A stretch of DNA of 64,000 nt from Methanomassiliicoccales archaeon (GTDB lineage: Archaea; Thermoplasmatota; Thermoplasmata; Methanomassiliicoccales; UBA472): contig JAVBWG010000011.1 of assembly GCA_036677555.1 (NCBI GenBank), positions 87,497 through 151,496 on the forward strand. Direction: 5' to 3'. Position numbers and translations under genes: made by a program. Positions 56,538 through 64,000 of the stretch are shown piece after piece; position 1 is the stretch's first letter, and every line of letters starts with the position of its first letter. Below the pieces are notes generated by a model that was given only the letters and a program-made list of their open reading frames with translations, was not told where the DNA came from and ran no database searches.

Positions 56538-56742
56538 GGACACCCCATCCCCGCCAAGATATTTCAAATGTGTCCGTGTTGGCGATGAACGACCGACAGG
56601 GGCCTTGGGGAGATTGCGCCCTGCCGACCGAAAGGTGGTCCAGACCAGGACCTGGTGACATCTTCTAGTCGTTCACGATTCTGATAATCATTAAATACTG
56701 GCCAACTGGGTTTAACGTAAACGAATTCCGAGGAGTGATCCA

Positions 56743-57006
56743 ATGACAAGTCTGAAAGTAGAGATCATGGACAAAATAGTGGCCTTGATGACCGCAGCTT
56801 TCGGTTTCGTCGCTGCGCTGGCCTGGAACGGAGCCATCTCGAAATTGATGACCGACTGGCTTGGAGAGGGCGGGGACAACACCCTTGGCCTTATAATCTA
56901 TGCCGTCATCGTCACCATCGTGGCCGTGATCGCCATCGTCCTGATCTCCAGGACCTATGGCAAGATAAAGGCCAAGGAAGATGCCAAGGCCGCGGAGAAG
57001 AAGTAA
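56743..57006 (+). CDS. Small 2-TM protein (DUF5654-like)
   Basis: 'TAAFGFVAALAWN.AI' motif; GAGGAG RBS. Confidence 0.8.
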   Translation: MTSLKVEIMDKIVALMTAAFGFVAALAWNGAISKLMTDWLGEGGDNTLGLIIYAVIVTIVAVIAIVLISRTYGKIKAKEDAKAAEKK

Positions 57007-57127
57007 GCTTTTTTCCGCAAACCCCTTATTATCTTCCTTTTTTTCACATATTTCCACCATAGTTCTCGTCGCACCAAAACGATGATAACCGCCATTGGCT
57101 ATCCTGAAAACGTACAGGAGGGTTCAT

Positions 57128-58141
57128 ATGAAGGTCAAGGTAGGGATCAACGGATACGGGACCATAGGCAAGAGAGTGGCTTGGGCCGTGAACAGGCAGG
57201 ACGACATGGAGGTCGTCGGGGTGACCAAGACCCGCCCCTCGTTCGAGGCCGCCACCGCCCTCAGGGAGGGGCACCCGTTGTTCGCCGCCCATGCCGAGGA
57301 CGTCGACAACTTCGAGAAGGCCGGGATCAAGGTATCGGGCACCTTGGACGACCTGCTGAAGAAGGCGGACGTGATAGTGGACTGCACCCCTGGCGGGACC
57401 GGCGAGAAGAACAAGGAGCTGTATGCCAAGGCCGGGGTGAAGGCCATCTACCAGGGAGGGGAGGACCACGCCCTGGCAGGCATTTCCTTCAACGCCCTGG
57501 CCAACTACCATGAGGCCTGGGGAGCGGACAACGTAAGGGTAGTCTCCTGCAACACCACCGGACTGGTCCGCACACTTTTCCCGCTGCAGCAGGTCTTCGG
57601 CATCCAGAAGGTGTTCGCCTCCCTGATCCGCCGCGGCGCCGACCCGGCGGACAAGAAGGGGGCGGCCCTCAACGCCATCGAGCCTTCGCTGAAGCTGCCG
57701 ACGCATCATGGGCCGGACGTCAAGACGGTCATGCACGGGCTGGACATTCAGACCATGGCCGTGGTGACCCCGACCACGCTGATGCACCTGCACTGCATAG
57801 TGGTGGACCTGAAGAGGGAGGTCACAGAGAAAGATGTGCTGGAAGCATGGTCATCCTCCCCCCGCCTGCAGCTCATCTCCGGAAAGGAGGGCATAAAGAA
57901 CACCGGTCAGATCATGGAACTGGCCAAGGACCTCCACCGCGTGCGCGGGGACATGATGGACATCGCCGTCTGGAAGGACGGCATCAAGACCATCGGCTCC
58001 ACCCTGTACTACTACCAGGCCGTTCACCAGGAGAGCGACGTGGTCCCGGAGAACGTGGACTGCGTGCGGGCCATGATGAAGCTGGAGAAGGACAATCTGG
58101 CATCGATCAGGAAGACCGACGCGGCCATCGGCCTGAAGTGA
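57128..58141 (+). CDS. gap: Archaeal (type II) glyceraldehyde-3-phosphate dehydrogenase
   Basis: 'NGYGTIGKRVA', 'YQGGE', catalytic 'SCNTTG', 'HHGPDV', 'HQES.VVPEN.D'. Confidence 0.96.
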   Translation: MKVKVGINGYGTIGKRVAWAVNRQDDMEVVGVTKTRPSFEAATALREGHPLFAAHAEDVDNFEKAGIKVSGTLDDLLKKADVIVDCTPGGTGEKNKELYAKAGVKAIYQGGEDHALAGISFNALANYHEAWGADNVRVVSCNTTGLVRTLFPLQQVFGIQKVFASLIRRGADPADKKGAALNAIEPSLKLPTHHGPDVKTVMHGLDIQTMAVVTPTTLMHLHCIVVDLKREVTEKDVLEAWSSSPRLQLISGKEGIKNTGQIMELAKDLHRVRGDMMDIAVWKDGIKTIGSTLYYYQAVHQESDVVPENVDCVRAMMKLEKDNLASIRKTDAAIGLK

Positions 58142-58262
58142 TCGCCCGGACGGCAGCACCGCGCTTCCAGATGGAAGCCGGGCAAATCATTTTTTATTCC
58201 ATCGCCATCAGTGTGCTGTATAGTTGCCACTGATGCGGTTTTTACCGCCAGGGGAATTTGCC

Positions 58263-59495
58263 ATGAAGGACCACTTCACCATCGACGACCTGGACATCAA
58301 GGGGAAGACCGTCATCTACCGCGTGGACATCAACTGCCCGCTGAAGAAGGACACCCTGGAGCTGGCCAATGACAACCGCATCCAGGAGATATTGCCGACG
58401 CTGCGGGAGCTTCTGAAGAGACGCGCCAAGGTGGTCATCGTCGCCCATCAGAGCCGTCCGGGCGAGTGGGACTACATATCGTTGGAGAGGCACGCCAAGC
58501 GCACCTCGGAGCTGCTTGGCGTGGAGGTCGCCTATGTCGACGACATCCATGGCGAGAAGGCCAGGAAGGCCATTCAGCGCATGATGCCCGGCGAGGCGAT
58601 CATGCTGAGGAACGTCAGGGACGAGGCGGGGGAGATGGACAAGGCCAGCATGGAGCAGCATTCCCAGTCCCCGCTGGTAAGGGACCTTTCCGCCCTGGCC
58701 GATCTCTACATCTCGGATGCTTTCGGTGCCGCTCACCGTTCCCAGTGCTCCCTCGTGGGATTCCAGGCGGTGCTCCCGTCGGCCGCCGGAAGGCTTATGG
58801 AGAAGGAGCTGGACGCCCTCGGCCGGGTAATCGATTCGCCGTCGCACCCCTGCATCTTCGTCCTTGGAGGGTCCAAATTCGCCGACGCCATTAAGGTGGT
58901 GGACCGGGTCCTGCGGGAGAACATCGCCGACAAGGTGCTGATGGTCGGGCTGGCGGGCAACGCCTTCCTGAAGGCCAAAGGGATATCGCTCGGGGAGAAG
59001 AGCGAACAGATACTCATGGAGGAGTTCACCGAGGAGAACCTCAAGGCGGCCAGGACCCTGCTGGACAGGTACGGGGAGCGCATCGAGACCCCGGTGGACG
59101 TGGCCCTGGACGACGGAGGTGTGCGCAGGGACGTTCCTGTCGGCGCACTGCCTTCCGAACTGCCGATATCGGACATCGGAAAGGAGACGGCCGTTAAATT
59201 TTCCGAGATGGTCTCCAGCGCCTGCACGGTATTCATATCCGGTCCGGCAGGGGTCATCGAGAAGGAGGAGTTCTCCCTCGGAACGAAAGCGCTCATGGAG
59301 GCCGCGGTCTCGTCCGATGCCTTCTCGGTCATCGGCGGCGGGCATACCGTCAGCGCCGCGCAGAGATACCACTGCTGTGACCGCTTCTCATACGTCAGCA
59401 CCGGCGGCGGGGCGCTGGAGAACTACATCATGGGCAAGCCGCTGCCTGTGGTGGAGGCGCTGAAGGCCGCGTACAGAAGGGAAAAGGGGAAGTAG
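58263..59495 (+). CDS. pgk: Phosphoglycerate kinase
   Basis: 'RVDIN.P', 'DAFGAAHR', 'GGSK', 'GGGHT', 'STGGGA'. Confidence 0.96.
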   Translation: MKDHFTIDDLDIKGKTVIYRVDINCPLKKDTLELANDNRIQEILPTLRELLKRRAKVVIVAHQSRPGEWDYISLERHAKRTSELLGVEVAYVDDIHGEKARKAIQRMMPGEAIMLRNVRDEAGEMDKASMEQHSQSPLVRDLSALADLYISDAFGAAHRSQCSLVGFQAVLPSAAGRLMEKELDALGRVIDSPSHPCIFVLGGSKFADAIKVVDRVLRENIADKVLMVGLAGNAFLKAKGISLGEKSEQILMEEFTEENLKAARTLLDRYGERIETPVDVALDDGGVRRDVPVGALPSELPISDIGKETAVKFSEMVSSACTVFISGPAGVIEKEEFSLGTKALMEAAVSSDAFSVIGGGHTVSAAQRYHCCDRFSYVSTGGGALENYIMGKPLPVVEALKAAYRREKGK

Positions 59496-59499
59496 TTTC

Positions 59500-60657
59500 T
59501 CAGAGGACCTTGGACATCCGTTCCAGAGCTTCCTCTATGCGCTGCACCGATTGGGTGGTGGCCATGCGAACGTAACCTTCGCCGTTCTTTCCGAAGCCCA
59601 CTCCCGGGGTGACCACTATTCCGGCGTTCAGCATCGTCTCGGCGAACTTCAGGGACGGCCCGTCCACCTTCAGCCACAGATAGAAGGTCGCCTTTGGCGG
59701 ATCGACCTTGAACCCCAGCTTTCGTAGGCCGCCCACCAGCACGTCCCTGCGCTTCTGATAGACGGCGATGTTGTCCTGAACCATCTGAGGCCTATCCCCC
59801 TTACGGTACTCGCCCAGCGACATGGTCACCGCCCTCTGCAGGAACTTCGGCGCCCCGGAGTCGATCTGGGACTTGACCTTCTTCAATCCGGATATCAGAT
59901 CGGCATCTCCTACGGCATAGCCGATGCGATATCCCGTCATGTTGAACGTCTTCGACAGCGAGCCGAACTCTATCGTTCCGTCGCCTTGCGCCACCTGCAG
60001 AGCGGACGGGGCGACGTAATCATCGAAGGTCATCTCCGAGTAGGCGTTGTCGTAGCAGAGTATGGTGTCGGTCTCGATGCACCATCTTGAAGCCCCCAGC
60101 AGGAACTCCTCGTCGCACACCGCGCCGGTGGGATTGTTAGGATAGTTCAGATATACCATCCTGGCGTCCGTGGGCAGAGACTCCATGTCCGGCAGGAAGC
60201 CCCTTTCAGGCAGCAGGGGGAAGCGCAGGGGTACGGCGTCCGTCAGCAGCGCGGCGCCCTGCGCGTACACGGGATATGCCGGGTCTGGCGCCAGCACCTT
60301 CTCGCCCGGGTTCACGAAAGCGCGGCATATGTTGGCCAGGCCCTCCTTGGAACCGATTAGTATGGCCACCTCCCCGTTCGGGTCCACGTCCACATTGAAG
60401 CGCTCCTTGTACCAGCGGGCGATCGCCCTGCGGGTATCCGCCTCTCCGGCGCTGGAAGGGTAGCGGTGGTTGTCCGGGTTCTCCAGCTCCTGCTTGATGA
60501 AATCCACGATGGGCTTTGGCGTGGGAAGGTCCGGGTCCCCTATGCCGAAATCGATTATGTCCGCGCCTTCCTTCCTCTTCCTCTCCACCTTCTCCTCTAT
60601 CTCAGCGAAAAGATAGGGAGGCAGCATCTTCAGCCTGTTAGCGTACTCGAACCCCAT
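59500..60657 (-). CDS. dapL: LL-diaminopimelate aminotransferase
   Basis: 'LPPYLFA', 'GIGDPD', 'GSKEG', 'NYPNNPTG', 'SLSKTFNMTGYR'; lies in the lysine operon. Confidence 0.88.
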   Translation of the reverse strand: MGFEYANRLKMLPPYLFAEIEEKVERKRKEGADIIDFGIGDPDLPTPKPIVDFIKQELENPDNHRYPSSAGEADTRRAIARWYKERFNVDVDPNGEVAILIGSKEGLANICRAFVNPGEKVLAPDPAYPVYAQGAALLTDAVPLRFPLLPERGFLPDMESLPTDARMVYLNYPNNPTGAVCDEEFLLGASRWCIETDTILCYDNAYSEMTFDDYVAPSALQVAQGDGTIEFGSLSKTFNMTGYRIGYAVGDADLISGLKKVKSQIDSGAPKFLQRAVTMSLGEYRKGDRPQMVQDNIAVYQKRRDVLVGGLRKLGFKVDPPKATFYLWLKVDGPSLKFAETMLNAGIVVTPGVGFGKNGEGYVRMATTQSVQRIEEALERMSKVL

Positions 60658-60661
60658 ATGC

Positions 60662-61486
60662 TCACATCCGCCCTTCGAACACCAGTTCCGCCGGGCCGCG
60701 CATGGTCACCATGGACAGGTCCTCCGAGACCTTGATCCACAGGCTCCCGCCAGGAAGGCGCACCTGCACCTCCTTTCCGAAAGGGGCCTTGCCCAGCAGG
60801 CCGGCCGCCACCGCCGTCGCGCAGGCACCGGTCCCGCAGGCCATGGTCCACCCGGCCCCCCTCTCGTATACCCTGACGTCCAATATCCCATCCACCGATT
60901 TAACGAATTCTACGTTGGTCCGGCGCGGAAAGAGCGAATGGGCGTGAACAACCGGCCCCAGATGCTCGACCTCCGCGTCGTTCAGCTCGTCGAACAGTAT
61001 CAGGTGGGGATTGCCCATGGAAACCGCGGTTCCGTGCAGCACCCTTCCCTCCACCTCGATCGGCCGATCTACGAACCTCCCCTCCCCGTTCACCGGGACG
61101 TCTCTGCAGTCCAAGCGCGGGGCGCCCATCTCCACGGTGGCCGCCACCGCCCTGCCGCCCTCCACGTCCAGCCTGATGTCCATGATCCCGGCCAGGGTCT
61201 CGATGGTCATTCTATCTCCCTTCTTATGCCCGAAGTCGTGAACGTGCTTGGCCAGGCATCTGATGCCGTTGCCGCACATCTCAGCCTCCGAGCCGTCTGA
61301 GTTCATTACCCGCATGGCGAAATCGGCCTTGTCGCTGCGTTCCAGGTAGAGTATCCCGTCAGCACCCACTCCGAAGCGGCGGTGGCAGACTCTACGAACG
61401 TCATCGGGGTCCTTGGAGACCCCTCCGTCGAAGTTCTCCACCAGCACGAAATCGTTGCCCAGCCCGTGATATTTCCAGAACCTCAT
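60662..61486 (-). CDS. dapF: Diaminopimelate epimerase
   Basis: 'KYHGLGNDF', 'EMCGNG', 'GNPH', 'ERGAG.T.ACGTG'. Confidence 0.97.
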   Translation of the reverse strand: MRFWKYHGLGNDFVLVENFDGGVSKDPDDVRRVCHRRFGVGADGILYLERSDKADFAMRVMNSDGSEAEMCGNGIRCLAKHVHDFGHKKGDRMTIETLAGIMDIRLDVEGGRAVAATVEMGAPRLDCRDVPVNGEGRFVDRPIEVEGRVLHGTAVSMGNPHLILFDELNDAEVEHLGPVVHAHSLFPRRTNVEFVKSVDGILDVRVYERGAGWTMACGTGACATAVAAGLLGKAPFGKEVQVRLPGGSLWIKVSEDLSMVTMRGPAELVFEGRM

Positions 61487-62739
61487 TGGCTCAGCCTCGA
61501 CGGGATCTTCTGGTGGCGGAACAGGTCCTTGACCTCCTCTCTTTCCCGAATGAGGAAAGCCCGCCGGTCGGCCACCAGCACCTCCGCGCAGCGCGGTCTT
61601 GTGTTGTAGTTAGAGGACATCGAGAAGCCGTACGCGCCGACGTCATAGACGCATAGCAGGTCGCCCACGTCAACCTTCGGCAGGTAGCGCTCCTTGGCCA
61701 GGTAGTCCCCGGTCTCGCACAGCGGTCCGGCCACGTCATACTTGATCTGGGCCTGCTGCCCGAACTTGTTGGCGACCGTCACATGATGATACGAATCGTA
61801 GAAGGCCGGGCGGATCAGGGTGTTGAAGCCGGCGTCCACCAGCAAGTAATCCTTGACCGGCGTGGACTTCACATCGTTCACCCTGGTGAGCAGAACGGTT
61901 GTGTCGGCCACGATGTATCTGCCAGGTTCGATCACCAATCGCTTCACGCTGCTGCCCCCGAGCTTGCCGGCCACCTCGGCGGCGATGGCGTCCAGGTCCG
62001 CCCGCAGCTCCTCCGGCCGGTATGGTATGCCTATCCCCCCGCCGATGTCCAGGAACTCCAGGTCAATGCCCAGCTCTGACCGCACCTTTTCGAAGATGCC
62101 CATCAGAACCTCGGTCACCCGGCCGAATACCGTTGGATCGCTTCCGCCGGAGCCGGTGTGGGCGTGCAACCCCATGGGCGAGAATCCGAGCCTGACCGCT
62201 TCCGCGAAGGCTTGGACGATCTCCTCCTTGGGTATGCCGAACTTGGCCCCCTTGGTCCCGGTGACCACCTTCTGGGAGTGCCCGGAACCCACGTCCGGGT
62301 TGACCCTGAGCGAGATAGGGTGTTCGGCGCTGATGGCCGCCAGACGCCTGAGCTGACCGATGGAATCCACGTTGATGGGGACCTTTCTCTCCACCAGCAT
62401 GCGCATCTCATCGTCCGAGACGCTCACGCCTGTGTACAATATGCGATCGGGAGAGAAGCCGGCCTTCAGGCAGGATTCGACCTCGCCGATGGAAACAGCG
62501 TCTATGCAGGACCCTTCCTGCTCCAGTATGCGGAGCAGCGCCAGATTTGTGTTGGCCTTGCAGGCGTAGTTCACCCGGGTCGGGAAAACGGCGTTGAACG
62601 CGCCGTAGATCGCACGGTAGTTCTCCCGCAGAGCGTTCTCGTCGGTGACCATCACCGGAGTACCGAACCGCTGGGCGAGCTTGGCGGTCGAGACGCCGCC
62701 GATGAGCATATTGTCCTTTCTTTTCTGGTATTCCCTCAT
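61483..62739 (-). CDS. lysA: Diaminopimelate decarboxylase
   Basis: 'YACKAN', 'KFG', 'H.GS', 'DIGGG', 'EPGRY', 'GPLCE.GD', 'GAYG..MSSNYN'. Confidence 0.97.
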   Translation of the reverse strand: MREYQKRKDNMLIGGVSTAKLAQRFGTPVMVTDENALRENYRAIYGAFNAVFPTRVNYACKANTNLALLRILEQEGSCIDAVSIGEVESCLKAGFSPDRILYTGVSVSDDEMRMLVERKVPINVDSIGQLRRLAAISAEHPISLRVNPDVGSGHSQKVVTGTKGAKFGIPKEEIVQAFAEAVRLGFSPMGLHAHTGSGGSDPTVFGRVTEVLMGIFEKVRSELGIDLEFLDIGGGIGIPYRPEELRADLDAIAAEVAGKLGGSSVKRLVIEPGRYIVADTTVLLTRVNDVKSTPVKDYLLVDAGFNTLIRPAFYDSYHHVTVANKFGQQAQIKYDVAGPLCETGDYLAKERYLPKVDVGDLLCVYDVGAYGFSMSSNYNTRPRCAEVLVADRRAFLIREREEVKDLFRHQKIPSRLSQ

Positions 62740-64000
62740 TCAAGCACCTATGTAGAGTTCATGAAGTCTTCTGACCACGTCCGCGGCCTTGGAGCCGCCG
62801 ACCATGAAATTGAGCGCGATGTCCGATGCCCCCTCGGATATCAGTTCCACGTTGGCCCCCACGTCCGCCACCGCCGCGAATATCTTGGCGGATACGCCGC
62901 AGCTCTCCAGCATGCCGTCGCCGACCGCGCATACCAGGGCGGCATCCTCCTTTATCCTTACCGCCTCCACCTGGTCGCGGAAGCGTTTCAGCCGGGCGCA
63001 CGCCTCCGGTGCCGATTCGGAGGGCAGGACCACCGCCAGCGTGGACAATGAGGTGGACACGGCATATATCGTCGTCCCGTCCGCGCTTATGGCCTCCAGC
63101 ATTCTGGCCACCAGCTCGGGCTGGTATACCAGTTCGGAGGAGTAGACCTTGACTATGCTCAGGCCGGTCTTCAGCGCCACGCTGCGCAGCAGGTCCCTGC
63201 TGTTGCGATTGAGCCCATGGATGCGGGTCCCCCTTCCGGAGGGATTGAATGTGTTCTTGACCAGGACGGCGACGCCTTTGCGCTTGGCCGGCTCGATGGT
63301 CCGGGGGTGAAGGACCTTGGCCCCGAAGTAGGCCAGCTCGGCCGCTTCTCCGTAGTCCATCTCGGCGATGGTCCGGGCCCCCTTGACCACCCGGGGATCG
63401 GCTGACATGAACCCGTCCACATCCGTCCATATCTCCACCTCGTCGGCGTCCACGCCGTGACCGATGACCGCGGCGGAGTAATCGGAACCGCCCCTTCCGA
63501 ACGTGAGCGGGCGTCCTCGGCTGTCCACACCGTAGTATCCGGTGATGACCGGAACCTTGCCCTCGACGAGCAACGGAGCGAGCGTCCTGCGCAGATTGGA
63601 CTCGGTGGCCGGAAGCAACGCACCGCCGTTCCCCGGAGGACCGGCGGCCATTATTCCAAGTTCCTCGGAGGTCAGGGCTATGGAGTCCGCGCCACGGGTG
63701 CGCAGGATGAAGGACAGCGTGAGCGACGACAGGCGCTCACCCCAGCTGGCCAGGGCGTCCTGGTACATGATGCGGTCCTCATCCTGACGGTAGAGATGGA
63801 TGAGATGGCCCAGCCCGGAGAGCCTGTGCTCCAATTGCTCCAGGTATTCCGGCATGAGTTCCGGGGAGATGTTGTTCCGGGCGGAATCCAGATGCTTCTG
63901 CCTCAGCCATTTGAGGTACTCCGGTACCTCCCTGCCACCGTCGCCCATGATCTCCAACAGGGAATTGGTGACCCCGGACATGGCCGAGACGACCGCCGCC
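62740..64000 (-). CDS. lysC: Aspartate kinase (5' end beyond the window)
   Basis: 'VVSAMSGVT', 'GERLS', 'GRGGSDYSA', 'TDVDG', 'GAKVLHP', two ACT domains; frame open to the window edge. Confidence 0.95.
   Translation of the reverse strand, partial: AAVVSAMSGVTNSLLEIMGDGGREVPEYLKWLRQKHLDSARNNISPELMPEYLEQLEHRLSGLGHLIHLYRQDEDRIMYQDALASWGERLSSLTLSFILRTRGADSIALTSEELGIMAAGPPGNGGALLPATESNLRRTLAPLLVEGKVPVITGYYGVDSRGRPLTFGRGGSDYSAAVIGHGVDADEVEIWTDVDGFMSADPRVVKGARTIAEMDYGEAAELAYFGAKVLHPRTIEPAKRKGVAVLVKNTFNPSGRGTRIHGLNRNSRDLLRSVALKTGLSIVKVYSSELVYQPELVARMLEAISADGTTIYAVSTSLSTLAVVLPSESAPEACARLKRFRDQVEAVRIKEDAALVCAVGDGMLESCGVSAKIFAAVADVGANVELISEGASDIALNFMVGGSKAADVVRRLHELYIGA

Noticed and set aside
1..64000. 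CRISPR array, rRNA or complete tRNA genes
   Set aside because: No regularly spaced repeats or complete cloverleaf/rRNA signatures seen by eye; only the tRNA 3' fragment at 11768-11785.

Overview
Archaeal chromosome segment. It most resembles a Methanomassiliicoccales/Thermoplasmata-type methanogen; this is an inference from archaeal type II GAPDH, archease, TrmB, NadX, split glutamate synthase and TATA-type promoters. The window has two parts. (1) Positions 1-~11785 are visibly AT-richer and look like the right end of an integrated element or defence island. The island ends at a tRNA 3'-end fragment (GAATCCCGGCGGGAGCA, probable att site, tRNA-Glu-like). It carries a translationally coupled toxin/antitoxin-like operon, RmuC, a TerB-N protein, a compact CBASS (CD-NTase + NucC, no HORMA/Trip13 or Cap2/3), two paralogous membrane proteins, a Nudix hydrolase, a PIN-like pair and two IS5-family remnants flanking an exported-protein gene. 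(2) Positions ~11800-64000 are GC-rich core genome: ABC and MMPL transport, threonine catabolism, an unusual four-gene glutamate-synthase-like operon, proAB, two sensor kinases, nadX, tldD/pmbA, ilvBC, gap-pgk and lysC-lysA-dapF-dapL. The core also holds an uncharacterised LuxE/LuxC-like carboxylate reductase + SDR + UbiA/MenA prenyltransferase + radical SAM cluster, the best candidate for a novel biosynthetic system. All family calls come from motif recognition by eye; no database searches were run.
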